64,000 nt of DNA from the human T2T-CHM13v2.0 reference genome, Homo sapiens. Below the pieces are notes generated by a model, which was given only the letters and a program-made list of their open reading frames with translations, had not been told where the DNA came from and made no database searches. This document shows positions 12,167 to 27,356 of this stretch, one piece after another. The DNA lies in assembly GCF_009914755.1 (NCBI RefSeq), contig NC_060936.1. One strand, given 5' to 3'. A program made the position numbers and the translations under genes. Numbering within the stretch: position 1 is the first letter of the stretch; every line of letters starts with the position of its first letter.

Positions 12167-15101
12167 CTTATCAAAATCTACTCACTGTGCATAAGTGCCT
12201 TACTTGCTAACATATGGATAGACACTACTATCCAAAACCAATTTTAATGTTGCACAACTCCATGGGTTGCAAAGGGATATTTTTCTTTTAAATAAAATCT
12301 ATTTAGAGAATGGGGCAACCATTTTATCTTAGAAAAAAGGTTGTAAATTATTTCTCTGTGCTATTATTTTGGAAAATCATAATGTTTTCTCTGTCTTTAG
12401 AATTCAGAACACATAGTGAGGGGTAAAAAGTTGGATGGAAAAAAAAAGAGTGTGCTAGAAAGTTTCCACTTTATCATTACCCCAACATGAATAGCAATCT
12501 GAATGGTGTAGTCAGAAGAGTGTATTTGATGACAAATCTGGTAGTTATTAGACAAAATATTCCCTTGTATTCAGACTCATGAAATGGCACTATATCCTGA
12601 GCCTGGAAATATTTTCCATTTGTGGGGAAAATGATGAATGGTATTTAATTGCCTATTCACATTTTTTTTATGCCACAGTGAGTAGAAGATTTGATGTGGA
12701 CAAATTTTCAACAAATAGACATCTGGTATCCTTGAATGTGTACAATCAAATATCTCTCTTCTTTTCTCTACCTCAACTTACCCCCAAGTTTTAAAATCAT
12801 TGCAAGAGAAGACTTTTTTAAATATATGGAAACTTTTAATAACATATTGTCCAAAAAGCTTTCTTTTTAAATTTTCTTTTGTCACAGAGGAAAAACTGAA
12901 TGGATATAAAGTAGATTTTTATGCAGACAAGTAATAACAGTTTTTTAGGAAGTAGTGTGACAATTAATATTTGATGTGAAATACTAACAGATATTGTGCA
13001 TACTGCTGTTTTCTAAGACCATAAAGTCATGAAGTAGTTACTATAAATGTGGCACTACAGTTTTATTTCATTTTCAAGTTTCATGTGTATTAACAAAGCA
13101 CATGATTTTCTAGCCATGAATTAGTGTTCTAGCAACATCTTTACCATTCATCAATCACAGTGATTTTCAACGATTTATTCTCTATCACCTGACTTTACTA
13201 AGTACAATCTCTCTTCCTGTCTCTCAATCCCTTTAAAATTTCTAATTCTCATTGAATATTTTCCCTTGCCTTTGAGCAACAGGAAGTTATCCACATATTA
13301 ATGAAGATCAAAATAAAGGCAATTCATAGGGCCAATAAATATTTTATATAATCTAAAGTTATTTTGTTATTTTATGTTATCTGTATTATAATTTGATTAT
13401 GTAGGATTACCATATTTATGCATATGCAAACACAACTTAACAGGCATTTTTTAAATTAACTTATGAACTTAGATTATATCTTTCTATGAATTCATACAAA
13501 ATTAACAATCTATTCATTTGGGCTCAATAATTGTGCTAATTCATAACATTCGGTAAATTCTTGGATTTACTCTATTATCAGATTCTAAGATGGACAAGAT
13601 GTTTTCATTATTACAAGTAATTTTAATCATATCTAGATTTAAATGTTGTAGTTAAATCTGTAACTTTCTTGCCTGTAATTCCCAGTCTAGGATGAGGAAT
13701 TCATCTGCACAGTTACATTCAGTTCTGTTTTACCTTTTCCAAGCAACTTTACTAAGATTATTGCTCTCAGCTTAATAATGACCCAACAAATCCTATGCCT
13801 CACAGAGGCACTTCAACAAAGAGGTGGATAAGGTAGGTAAGGAAGAAAATCAGTTTATATTCCAGGGTTTGAGATGTATATTCTCAAATGTAACCTCATA
13901 GCATTCTACTGGCGCATTACTCTAAAATTAATTTACCCTGTTTGGTATGTAAGTTTTCATGAAAAGCTTCTTGAGAACATAAGGTTTCTATTACTCCAGT
14001 TTTTTCCAAAAAATTCTCAGGTACTGCCTGTACATAGTAGCTACTAATTAATATTTGTTTCAATGAATCAAGGGACCACATGGTGTTGAATTAGGCATAA
14101 ACATAATAATAATTGCATTGTTTAGTGTTTATATTTCCATCACTGGGCTAAATATTGAATACATATCACATTTCATGTTTAAAATAAGTACATGATGCAA
14201 ATATTATCCCCATCACATTACATTCCCTAATCCAAATTCAATGCATACTAAGATTTTTGTAGTTATTTGATGATTTGATAGTATTGAGACTAAGGATTAT
14301 TGCTGCAATGGGTATTATCTAATACCAATTAGATTCTTCCTGGTATTAGCTAATACTATAAAGGTAATTTATTTGGAATGGGAAAAGGGAGTCATGTGAT
14401 AAATTAGGCTTACAGAAACAAAGAATTTGGTATATTTAATATACTTCTATCTGCCATTTGAATATAAAAAATTGATATACTATATAATATAGAAAGATTT
14501 TACTAGCTGAGACCAAAAATGGTTGAATATGTCATTTTATTCAATCTGCAGGTCTCAGCATTTCATGTTAAGTCATTTGGACATGAGTGAGACGGAGCAG
14601 ATTTGTGAGAATGTTCCACATTGGAAATTCAGAAGCTAGGATATAGCTCAGAATTTATTATCAGTAAATGTCATTCACCAGAAAGTAAGGACAACCTATT
14701 TGTTTAAGTATTCTATTAAGACAAAATTCAAACACATATAAATTATATAAAATGATATAATGCTATACAACATCTAGATTTAAGAAATATAAATGTATTT
14801 TATTTGCTTTATCTAAAGTTTTAAAGAATTATTTGAAAGTAAGTAAATATAAATATCTTAATGGCTCAGTATGCATCTCTCAGAAACTTAAAGACTATCA
14901 TAAATACTTCTCAAAATCACATTTTTGGGGGAAGTCCAATAATATCATTTGCAGCTGATTATTTCAAACCAGGATCTAGTCAAGAATCACATGGTACATT
15001 TATTTAGACCAGATTTAAAAAAAAATAGTATTGACCTGGGAAACTTGCTCCAGACATTTGTGGCAGATTAATAAGGATAGGAAAGGAAAATCTATATGCG
15101 G

Positions 15102-15593
15102 TGTATCAGTTATCTATTGCTCCCTTACAAACCAACTCAAACATGGTGGCTTAAAACAAGCACTATCAATTTAACTTACAATTTTGTGGTTTGGCAATTT
15201 GTGCTTCAGCAAATAATTTCTTTTGTTCCTGGCTCGATTCTCTAATGCATCTGTGGTCAGATGCCAGCTAGTTGCAGGATGGCTGAGAGAGGTGGGCTTA
15301 CAATGCCCCTATTTATATATGTGATGGTTGGCATTGTGTCAGCTAGAGTAGTAAGAACAACCAGCCATATGTCTCTCATCATCTATCAGGGTAGCCTGAG
15401 CTTGTTCAAATGCTGTCTCAGCCAGGTTCCCAAGAGAAATCCTACTGGAATAAGCGAGTTTCAATGTCTCTCAGATTCAATATATGGAGAAAGGTTTTAC
15501 CTTTAAATGGAAAGGACTGCAGAATTTCATTTGAAAGGGATTTGCATAAGATGGGTGAGAAGAATCATGACCCATTTTTTGTAATCTGCCACT
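15102..15593 (-). mobile_element. MLT1-type MaLR LTR (old)
   Basis: tgtatcagttatctattgct...ggcttaaaacaa...gcatctgtggtcag...tttgtaatctgccac. Confidence 0.7.
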
Positions 15594-17303
15594 CATACAT
15601 TGCTTTAAGATGTTCACCATGTGTAGAATACAGCAGAACTAACTCTGTTTTTCAGTCATTTTTAAAAATTATTGGTTCAAAGTGCTTGGGTAAAATTTTA
15701 CTCAAAACTTACAAAACTTTCTACATGGAAAAGTTTTGACAAGATTCTTACCATCCCATGGGTCTCAAGAAAAGGAAGAAGAGAGAAAGAAACTCCACAA
15801 CCCCCAACCCCTGACTTCAAGAACCTCAGGCAAAGGCCAGGCCAATATCCAAGATAGAAAGGGGAGAATGTGGAAGTTAAATTAAAAATCAAAATCTTAA
15901 ATTGCATTGTGCTGTGTTGGGCTTTTATAATAATTATGACTGGGGAGCAATGAGGTCTTCCAAGATTCTCATTGAGAGACTGAATATAGTTCAGTTGAAG
16001 CCAGTGATTGAAGATAAACTATTTTTTGTTTGTATTCTGCCAAGGTATTTCTAAAACCAGTTTGATTTTGTGTGTTTATTTTGTTTAAATTTTTATATAT
16101 ACCTGCACTTCATTCCAGAAAGAGTATAGAGACTCTATGTATTAAATAAGTAAATTTAAGTGGCAGAGTGGTGAAGAAGTAAAGCAATAGGGAAGACATT
16201 AAGAGACAAGGGAGAGAGTATACCAAAAAATATCCACAATTTTTTATTCTTTGCTGGAGTGGTTCATATAGCCAATTTCAAGTGTCCTAGTAGCCAATAC
16301 AAAAAAAAAAGCAATCAATATATTCAATTTCAGTATTTACAGTGATTGTGAATAAAAGCAAAGCAGTTGCTATGGAGAATATATCATCAGAGAACAGATA
16401 TTTATTAATCAGCTGCTGTATGCTAGACAATGAGAATTTTGTGATCAGATAAGTTCCTTGCCTTCATGGAGCTCCCCATCCAGTGTTAAAAAAATCATTA
16501 GACAAATATTTAGAAGTGTAAATGAGAAGTACAGCATATAGGAAATGACTGTTTCCTCTATTACACTTGCTTGGTATTTCTCTGGCATGTGAAAATTATC
16601 ACAATTTGCATCTATTTGGAACTGGGAGTGTATATGTATTTCCACGTGTATAATGCACCATTAACCAATATTTAACAGGACTTTAGCCTTTCTCAGAAAT
16701 TGTAAATTGTTTTAGGTGAGAATATATATTTTTCAACATTTTTATTCCTTGCAAAAGCCTCTACAATTCAGTTGTTGAATTACACTGTAATATATGAGTG
16801 ATTTTAGGTGTAGTCATTGGAACTCTATCTACAATAATTGTGGAATCTGAAACTTTACTTCTATCCTTAATGCAGTGGCTTTTTCATGCGTAACACATTG
16901 CTCATTTTCCAAGAAAAGTACAGGAATGGTTAACAGAAGTGGAAAATAGTTTTAGAAATAGGGTTATTTTAGCGGCAATCCAATATAAACAAATAGTAAT
17001 GCGGTTAATAGTGAGAACTTTATTCTTGTGCTGACTAGAAACTTCTGTTCTGTTTATATTGTCAGCCTAAAGAAATCCTCACGAGATTTTATAGCCCATT
17101 TCCAGCTAGTCGAACAGAATATTTTCAGGTAGAAATATTACAATGCAATGCTTCAGTTTTAAGTTTCAAATAAGCAAATAAAAGATATGTGGGGAGAATA
17201 TTCTGAATCTAATGGTGAGTGTATTCTGAAGCCAAATAATAATTAAGGATTAAAGTATTGTCACGTTAGCTTAAGCTGTCAGTAAATAGTTAATAAGTGA
17301 TAA

Positions 17304-18809
17304 TGTCACATGATCCTTGGGGTGTTGCTTCATCAGCCAGATACCTCTGTGGCCAGTGGCACCTTTGCCTGAGTATTGTTTGTGACTGCTGGGCTCATTC
17401 TGCCCCCTTGTCTGGGCATGCTGCACTCAGCTGAAGCTACTGGCCTGAATCTCACACCTGCCAAGGGCAAGCCAGGGCCAGAGCAGCAAGGCACATGTGA
17501 ACAAGTGAGTGCAGGGTCTAGCCACTGCACAGCCAGGCACACCGGCTGCTGTGGCAGGGCAGGTAGCTCCAGCTGCTGGCATAGGTGCCAGCTCCATGCA
17601 AGCTGTGGCTGGACCAGATGTATCACACACAGCTTCTGCTTCAGGCACTGCAACTGGATGAGGGGAATACAGTGACACCTGGAAGCTTGGAGATGCCAGA
17701 AACCACAGAGCCTCAAAGAGGGTGTCACAGCCCTGGCTCGGGGAAGCCCTAGGTCTGGGCTCTTCCAAGCTCTGCAGAATGTCTCTCCTCCTTGCCTGCA
17801 ATGTGGCAACTGGGCGGGGGTGGGGAGGTGCTGTTTCAGCTCTGATTATGTTATAACTCTTCCAATCCCACAAGTTGGCAGATCCCAAGTTTTTGTCATG
17901 TGTCCAGAAAGAATAAGTTATGTGGACAACTGGAGGGTGAGCAAGGTGGAGAGGAGCTTCTTTGAGTGACAGTAAAACTCTCAGGATACCTGAAATGGGT
18001 AGCTCCTTTCTGCAGGCAGGTCATTCCAACATCTGTTTGAGTCTGGCTGAGTCTGGGGTTTTTATGGCCTTAGAAGAGAGGAAATATGTGCTGTTTGGTC
18101 CATGGATAGCCACGAGTGGGCCCAGAAAAAGCACCATAATTTCTCAGTCTGGGCTGTGGACTCCACCCAGAACTGGCAGCCCGGGCCCCAGGCTTCAGGC
18201 CATCCCTGGCTTGAAGGTGGCGTTTCACTGGGACCTGCCCCTTTCTACCCAGGAATCTGTCTGCCTCCTACTGCTATCAACATGCCATCCACAACTCCTA
18301 GGTTGTTAATGCTGAGGGTCGCCTGTAGGCCCATTCCAAGCCACCCTCATGCTCCCTCAACCTCCCTCCCATGCTCCTCAGTGCCCAAAGTCTGGAGGGG
18401 GTGGAGGCAGAAGGGGGCTGGTGTGTCAGCATTGCCCGGGATGAGCACACACCTGGCCAGGTCACAACAGCTTTCCCAGCTTGGCCACAACTTTGTTCCA
18501 CCCCCATTTGAGTGCAGGGAGCGGGGAAAAGCCAGACAGCAGGAGCAGGCACTTTCAAGCCTGTGAGGGAGAGGGGCTTCCTGGGCCTGGCCGAGAGTGT
18601 AGGGATGTCCAGGTCTGGAGACATGGCTGGGTGGCTGCAGCTGTGCCTGGGAATGCGGGGCTCCAGCCCTGCTAACTTGGTAGAGAACGTTGCTCCAGGT
18701 TGTTCCTGGCCCCTGGTAGGTCCATGGAAGTTGCAGCCCCAGCCACGCCTCCCCTGCTGCATCTGGCATCCCTACAGCAGCTGCTCCAGATGGGCCACCA
18801 CTGCCATCA
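17304..18809 (-). mobile_element. MER52A-like ERV1 solo LTR (GC-rich)
   Basis: Ends tgtcacatgatccttggggtgttgc...tccagatgggccaccactgccatca, the reverse complement of MER52 termini. Perfect 4-bp TSD ATAA at 17300-17303 and 18810-18813. Confidence 0.88.
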
Positions 18810-18829
18810 ATAAGTTTTGACATATTTAT

Positions 18830-19260
18830 TAATTAGAGTATAAGATAAGCTTCTGTTAACCAGAAAAGAGAAAGGGACCATTAAATCAGTGCATAAAAAA
18901 TAAAAATTTACTTCCACTAATCCTAATGGATAGGACCCAGGTTCGATACGGTAGTACTGATGGCTTCAAAACTTGGCTTTCATCTTGGATTCAAAAGGTG
19001 TTGATCTAGGTTGTGCCATCATCCAGACAGAAGGAAGAGAGAGAGGGCCACAGGAATGCATTGCAAATCTTTTCAAGTTGAGTCCTGGAAGTGGTAATCA
19101 TCACTTAAACTCAACAACTATAGGAGTGAAAAAAACTTAATCTCATGGGTTTGTGGAGCTACAGAAGGCTGAAAATGTAATATTTTGAAGAGCAGATAAT
19201 ATTCCACGTGTTTGGAAGAAGGGAGAGCATGTACTGGGGACACCTAGTAGTCAGCCATAA
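18830..19260. mobile_element. Ancient LTR remnant (MLT1/LTR33-like)
   Basis: Motifs cctggaagtgg...catcactt...aacttaatctcatgg...aggctgaaaatgta. Family uncertain. Confidence 0.4.
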
Positions 19261-21249
19261 GATATTCTATCCTAACCAAAATTTCCTAAAAAATACTTTG
19301 GTTCTCAGATTTACAGATCTTACTTTCATATTTTATAATACACGTGCCTTAAATACAATTAAAAACAGTTAAGGAATAGGCTTACCCATAATTTCAACCT
19401 TTGAATTTACCAAGTATTTTCTATTCCATCATGTATTTTCATTTAAAAAAAATGTGTAACATTGTTATGAAAGGTTATTAACATTCTGGTTATACATGAA
19501 AATAGTTTATGGTCATTGTCCATTTTTATTGCATTTACTCATCATACTGATAGATAAATTATATTTCCTGTGTTTAACTGTATGTGTCAGCACACCTCTC
19601 AGAAAACTTCCTATATTCATTGAGAATTTTGGCACTTGACCTATATTCTTTACCCATAAGCTCCTGTAATGATTATAGATAAATACAGTGTCAATCCATC
19701 ATCTTATCCTTACTATTCATTGAAAAGAAAATCGAATTTTGGGATTAATATGGCCCTTAGTAAACTATAATGTTTATCCAGAAATGTAAGACTTGCTCCA
19801 GATATGCAGGACATTTTTTTCAAGTAATAAAAAAGAAAAAAAAGAAGAAATGTATGACTGCCTCAGAAAAGTGTGTGGGGGCTATCTCAAATAAGGGTGT
19901 TTACAGGATATCTTTAACTACATTGGTGTATCCCTTAAAATCTGGAGCCTAGCCCTTAGGTTTCCAGAAACAGAAATGAAGAAATCATCAATCTCTCAAG
20001 GAGAAGTCTCAGTAATCAAGTCAAGTGAGACAAGGCTGATATATATAAAATATAAAGGTATATTAGGTTAAAATAATTGCTGATCTGAAACAATTGCATA
20101 AAAACACTACTTTATTATTTATGAGGATGAATGTTCTGCATAACATAGCTTGCCATTGGGGTATAGATAGACAAATTCACCCTTTAAGAAATAATACTCA
20201 AATTAAATAAATAACTTATCTAAATGATGTAATATAGGACAATGAACAATGAGACAGAAGTAAAATATCACTGTCTTTAAACTTTCAGCCTTCTAACTTA
20301 AAAAACAAGTATTCCTCATATCTTCAAGGTGTTCAACAAATAATTTGCTTCCCCTCATCTGATATAAGGCCCAGTCTTCAAAATATAGTTAACATTGTTT
20401 GAAATAGTATATAGTAATACTGGGAATACTATTTTCCTAGCACATTTATTGATTAGACATGTGTTCCCCATTGATACATAATGTGACTGTTAAAATATAC
20501 GTATTTCTCATTTTTATTGTAGGTCTACTTTAAGGATCTATGTGATTTTGGTAATACATTAGCAAATTTACTAATTTCTAATTTAGCAATATGCTGTCTT
20601 CATTATGATGATCTTGTGATAGCCCTTCATTTCTTATAAGGTACGACACCTGTATTACACAGGATATAATTCAGTTGTGAGTAAGTGAAAAATAAAATTT
20701 CAAAATTTATGTGGATTAAACACAACATAAATTTTTCTCACACATAAATAGGTAATGGATAGATTCAGAATTAGTAAATCAGCTCCACAAGCATTAGGAC
20801 CTAGGGTATTACTACTTTGTTTTTGTAGCAAACTCAATACCTGGTTTCTTCTTCATGCTTCGGTCCCAGTAAATGAATTCAAATTCTAGACACAGAAGAG
20901 AAACTAGGAGGAGAGAAGCATTCTCTCTGCCATTAAGTGTGGATACTAGAGGTAACATATACCATTAACACTTCCATTAACACTTAAGTCCCACTTAACA
21001 GAACTTAATCGCCTATAATTATAAGAAAGCCCAGGAAATATTCACTTATATTCAGAGATATTTCTGCTAAATTGAAAAAAATATATGTTAAAATAGATAA
21101 TGGGTGTCCATTATTTTCTGGGTAGTCTCTCAATTTAATTATCTTCAAGAATATGAAGCTTCTTCTTGTATAATTCATTCAAATACACTCTAGATTGATT
21201 ATCTCAAAGGCTATTTAAAAAACCTGGAGAAATCCTAGTAGATTATTTT

Positions 21250-23750
21250 GGGGAGAATTTATAACTTAAACTTTCTATACCTAACACTGCATACTGAGAA
21301 ATCTTGAACAATATAGAAAGTTGATGAAAAGGGATAAAATTTCAGAAATTCCTTGCATTTTATATACCCATATAAAACAGAAAATATGACTTAGAAAGAC
21401 ATCATTTATATTAGCAACAAAATGTGTAAGACAATGAAGAACACATTGAGATATCTTAGTAAACAGTGATTTTCTCCCTGAACCTTTATTTACATATATA
21501 TATATAGTTTTCACTAGCAAACACTTGCAGAACATTAGGTAGAATCAGTGGCAATGATCATTCTCTCTAATTTTTTTGTTGTTTATTTTAAAGGGAAGTT
21601 TTAAAATTTTATCTCATATGTATCATATTTCAAACATTGTTTATAGAGTATTAAAAAAGGAAAGAAAGAAAATATATGAGCTAATCATCTATTTCAAGGT
21701 GTAAGACTAAGAACAAAAAAAGAACGAAAAAAAGAACAAAAAAAAAGACCAAAAAAGTAGAAGTAATTATAGCAATACAATAATAAATGTAGATCAAAGC
21801 CAGTGAATAAAATTCAACAAATAAACTTTTTTTTGAGATTTGTGTACTCACAGAAGAATATGTAAAATGTGGAACCCAAGTTTAGAAATGTAATTACAGA
21901 CTAATCTCAGTAATGAAAACAGATACAAAAATACTAAATAAAATTACAAGAAAACCCTCAATCTAAATAACAAAACAAATTTAGAAAAAAAAAATCTAGA
22001 AGACAACAAAGCCATGACCGTGATTTTTCCCAGATGTGATGAGAGGAAAAAATGGTTTCATATTGGTCTCTATAAACTATACATATAGGGTTATGGCAGT
22101 CACTTTAGCAACTTAACTGATTAACCTGCTGATTTGTAAAGTGTTTTTATCTTCAACAAATTTTGAAATTATCTAATTACTTTTTTTCTGAACATATGGA
22201 AATAACTACTTGGTCTCTTTCTTTTGCTCTGTTAATGGGTCCATTAATATCATTTAGTGTGAAAGCATTTTTTTTCTCTCATCACATCTGGAGAAAACCA
22301 CTATGGTGATGGCTTTGCTACTTTTTAGGGTTTTTTTTTTCCGAATTTGCTCTATTTTATATTTTTAGATTTAGGGTTTTTGTTGTGATTGTATTTAGTG
22401 TTTTAGTGGGTTTTTTTTTTCATCTGTTTTCATTACTGAGATTGGTCTATAATTACGTTTCTAAACTTAAGTTCTCTGTTTTACATTTTTTTGTGCGAGT
22501 AAACAAATCTCAAAAACAATTGTTTATTTGATGAGTTTTATTCACTGGCTTTGATCTACATTTATTATTGTTTTTATTTCTATAATTTCCTTTCTTCTAT
22601 TTTTTTGAGGGTATTTTCCTTTTCTTTGTCTTACACCTTGAAATAGATGAATAGCTCCTACACTTTCTTTCATTTTTAAAGAGTCAATAAGCAATGTTTA
22701 GACATTTTTTTCTGGTTATTGCTTTAGTTGTTTTCCACAATAACAGCTTTTCTAAGAATTCTTTTGTGTTTATTCAATTTTTATTTATAATATCAGTTTT
22801 TAAATATCTAAATTACATTTATTAATTTTTTTAGTCAGTTTATATGACACTGATTCTTTGAAAATTGATGAAAGTACTTTTTGAAATTAATACATAATTT
22901 TAAAGGTCAAATGTAATTCAGAAAATAATGCATATTCTTCAGCTTCTGTGACATGTTTTATATCTGTCCATTAGATCAAGTTTGTTAAGTATGTTTTCAA
23001 ATTGCATATTTTTATTAGTTTTATCAACTATTATTTAAAGATGATAAAATCTCCCACTATTATGGTATTTTTCACACACTTATTGTAATATCATTTTTAA
23101 TTAGTGCACATTAGTAGTTTGATAAATGTTTTGAAATATATATATTCACTTTCTCAATATGTAGTAACCTCTTTTTTCTTTGGATACATATATTTTATAA
23201 AATAAATTTAAGATAATTATTCTTTATATTTCACTCAGTAATTTTCAAGTATAAAGTTCCCCCTTTTCAGTATACCTTTCTGTGAACTTATATTTTTGTG
23301 AATATTTTATGTATGATTATGATATATGACAATTGAAATTCATATGAAATATTTTTACCACCTTAATTTATGCTATGTTTCCTTTTTTAACCTTTTGTCT
23401 TCTATTTTAGTTTTATAATTCAATTTTTCTTCTCATTCTTTTGAAAATTTATTGCAATTCTTCTGTTGATTACCTTTTCTTTTTTCTTTCCTCTTTGGCT
23501 GTTTTTAAGATGTTCTTGTTTTGCAGTTTTACTATGATGAATCTAGGGGTGGAAGTTTTGTTTTATTCTGCTTCATGTCCATCATCCCTCACTATTTTCT
23601 AGATTTTCAGAAACTACGTTGGACCCTTATTATATTATTTTTAACCCTCTTTTGTATTTCCTTTGTATGTCTTTGTGTCCTCTGTACAATCTGATACTTG
23701 ACACTTTGCACATTTAAATTCAATTTTTAAACTTCTAGATGTTCTATGAG
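21250..23750 (-). mobile_element. Old rearranged L1M fragments
   Basis: Degenerate ORF2-like motifs in both orientations, with T-rich antisense L1 composition. Confidence 0.55.
21632..22699. repeat. Long inverted repeat: arms 21632-22060 and 22260-22699, ~200-bp spacer
   Basis: For example caataataaatgtagatcaaagccagtgaataaaa versus ttttattcactggctttgatctacatttattattg, and tcatctatttcaaggtgtaagac versus gtcttacaccttgaaatagatga. Confidence 0.93.
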
Positions 23751-25973
23751 GGATCTGTCTGCCCATTTACCACTTGGAGTAGATCTAAGGCTTCCAACTC
23801 CATCTCCTATCCCTGAGCAATATTATAACTCAAGTCTCTAGGTTTCTGAAATCATCAAAAGTTCTCAGGCCTACCAGATTTTCTGCAAGGGCTTATCACA
23901 GTGGTTTCTAATTTTCTACTGTTTACATCCTCTGGAAAGTTTTCTTATTTCCTTACATATTCAGGTGTGCATTTTGTACTATGTTAACTTCATATTGTCA
24001 AGCATATCTTATGTCTTGGAACTGGGGCATTTTCAAAATAACTTTTCAAACATTGACAGAACTGAAGTCTGCACTTCTCATATGCGTCTATGTCATGGAC
24101 TAACAATATGAAATTTTTTAAGAGAGATATTCTATTACTTTTAAATACATTTAACTTTTAGTAAAAGAGTATTTTCTTCATACACAAATTTATTTTACTG
24201 TCAAAACTGATTATTCATGTTAGTAAATATTATGTTTAAAGAGTAAAAATGTTATCACATTACTGTTAAACCATAAGAACTCATGTGGCCACCTTTAGTT
24301 AGAGAGTTATGTCAGAACAAATTTAACTGGAGTAGATAGAAACGAAAATGTAATATTTTAAGTAAAAACTGAAGGTAAAGTAGAAATAAATGCTATTCTA
24401 TTAGATGCCAAAACCACAGAATAGCTTTACTACGTATCTGCAGCACTTTTTGTGTAAAGCCATATGTAGCTAACAAAATTCTTTACTTCTACTAGAAACA
24501 AATTTATTTGAAGTATGAAGGTGTCAGAGTAACCCTTCCTTCACATTGGATTTTATAAAGCTGTCACTGTGTAGTTGGATTTCAAAGCTTTACTTGCTGC
24601 CTTAATGTATAAAAGAAGGAATAATCAGGAGGCCCACAAATAAAAATTACTAGAGAAAGTGGTATCCTTAGGCATGTGATCTTCTAGTTATTCTTGAATC
24701 CTCTTTCTCCCTTGATTTTCTCTCAACCAACTTGCCCCACTCCTACAAATCCATACACTGTTGCGCATTCTTTAAATTCTATCTTGATAATGCCTTTCTT
24801 ATTTATTCTTGCGTTTATGTCTAATTTTGTTGGCAATTTTGGATTGCCATAGACAAATAATAATTTTCAAAGTTTTGCTTCTTTTCAATTACTCCCTTAC
24901 TCTCGTCTATTTGTATAGTTTCTACATTGATAACTTCCAGAACTGCATCTTATATCCTATCTGTCTTTATATTCAACTCATGGTATGAATTACTAACTAT
25001 AGATATTTGATGTACCTGAAACTTTTTCCTGGCAAGCTGAATGTATTATTTTTCCAGAAAATTTCTTTCTCTTGAATCCCCCTTTCCTGTTTATGACAGA
25101 ATTCTTGTCCTATTCTCCCAATCTTCTTTGACCTTGCTTGTCTGTTCTCCCTAACAACAAATCTAACAATTGTCAAGGTTAGGCTTGTATTATCTTTCTA
25201 CATTTATCAACCCTTTTCTTCTGTAATTACTATAAAATATTTTAAGCATACATTAGCTATTCGAAAAATATAACATATATATTTATTTTTGTATGGATGG
25301 TCAGATCTTAATCTCTGCTGTGTTTAATTCAGATTTATTTTTCTATTTTAAATAAATTATAGCTTTAAAAATTGAAGACTTCTCTCTATATATTTACTTA
25401 TATATATAGACTTCTCTCTATGTATATTTTTCTGATCACATGACCATCCTTTCATCTCTTGAGTACCTGCTTTTCTGAATTTGATGTTTATTATTTATAT
25501 TTATTACTTATTTTCATTATTTACAAATATATAACACTGGCTTATATATTTTAAAATTTTGTATAAAAGGTATGACATCGTATATACCTCCTGAATTTTT
25601 TCACGTTATGTTTTTGAAATTTGTTCCTGTTGATATCTGTATCTCTAGTTTATTAATTGTGATATGCCAGAGTATAAACAGAACATCATTTGTCCATTTG
25701 AATTTTACAGAATATTTAGATTAATTCTAATTTTTAAATGTTGAAAAATGCAGCAATATTCTTATAAATGTCACACTGTGCAGATGTATTAAAGCTATAT
25801 ATAGTATCTACTAGTAGTAAAATCACTAGGGTATAGAATATGTTAGTTTTCAGTTTTCCTAAGCTTTTGTTAAATAGCTTTAGAGAGTGGTTGAATCTAT
25901 TTTTATTTCCTGTAATTAATGAGATTTCCATTGCCCCTCAACCTTATTAACAACTATTATTAAGAATTGTTTT

Positions 25974-26250
25974 GCCAGCTTCATGCCTTTAATCTTAGCA
26001 CTTTGAGAGGCTGGGGCAGAAGAATTGCTTGAGGCCAGGAGTTCAAGACCAGCCTGGGCAACAGAGTGAGAACCCATCTCTAAAAAAAATAATAATAATA
26101 ATAATAAAAGCCAGGGGCAGTGGCGTGTACCTTTAGTCCCAGCTAATTGGGAGACTGAGGCAGAAGGATCACATGGAGTTCTAAGCTAAAGTGAGCTATG
26201 GTCACACACTTTAACTCCAGCCTAGGGGACAGAATGTGACCCTGTCTTGA
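25974..26250 (+). mobile_element. AluJ (old, diverged) inside an antisense L1M 3' region
   Basis: Two arms, ttgcttgaggccaggagttcaagaccagcctgggcaac, and an (AAT)n linker. aattgtttt flanks both sides. Confidence 0.85.
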
Positions 26251-27356
26251 TAAGATGCAATAAAATTGTTTTAATTTTTCCCAGTCTACTGGATAGAAAT
26301 GATATCTGTATTTCCCTGATTACTAATGAGATTGCAACATACTTATTAGCCATTTTATTTTTCTTTTTGCAAATTGCTATTCATATTCTTTGCTCACTTT
26401 TATATAAATATGATGCTTCTTAGATTATTGTATTATGACTTTAAGAAGCTCTTTATATATTCATAAAAGAATGATACTTATAACTAACATTTATGTGGTG
26501 CTTATTAGGTTTAATAGACTTAAAAATGTTTTCTATTTATTAGCACATTTCATGGACACTAATTCTATTTTGGTTATATATGATAAAATATGTTTTTTTT
26601 GACTGCTGCCTTATAATATACAGAATATATTCATTTTGGTATATTTAAATTCATTAGCCTATTTTTTTTCAATATCTCTAGGAGTTTTTTGTTGCTACAA
26701 GGGTATTGATATATTTCCGTATATATCCTTTTTAAGTAGTTAACATCTTTATTTTCACATTTAATTATCTAATACCCCTGGAGTTTACTTTCAGCAACAT
26801 TGAGATCTGCTTATTATTATTTTCACAAGAAGACTAGTTGTCTCATCACCATTTGTGTTTTCCTGCTGAATTCTTAAATCTTCTGTCACGTATAAACTTT
26901 CCACAATTGTGTGAATCTGTGTCTGAGCTCTCTATTATGACCAGTTGGTCCATTTATCTATTCCAATGTCAACATACTTTACTACAATTAGTATAACTAC
27001 ATAATATATCCTGGTAGGGATATATTTATTCATCCGCCTTGTTCTTTTAAAATTGTTTTGGTTATGCCCATTCTAATTATTCTTGACAAGTTCATTTTAA
27101 GACCATATCAACATTTTTGGAATTAGATTGGCTCTGTAGATTGTATTTTAGAGAAACTGTAATGTTCATGATATTAAGCCTCTTATATATGAACAGAATT
27201 CGATTTTCAGATTTTCATTTATGTTTATCATCTTTTATGTTTTTGAATAAAGTTTTGTCATTTCTGTCTTTTAAAGATCTATACATCTTTAAAAGATTGG
27301 TACTTCATTATTTTTTGATAATGTAAGTGACAGAATTTTCTACATCAGCTATTTTT

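Noticed and set aside
17333-18823. Cluster of overlapping 100-158 aa ORFs on both strands
   Set aside because: Almost entirely inside the GC-rich MER52A LTR, where stop codons are rare. No recognisable protein.
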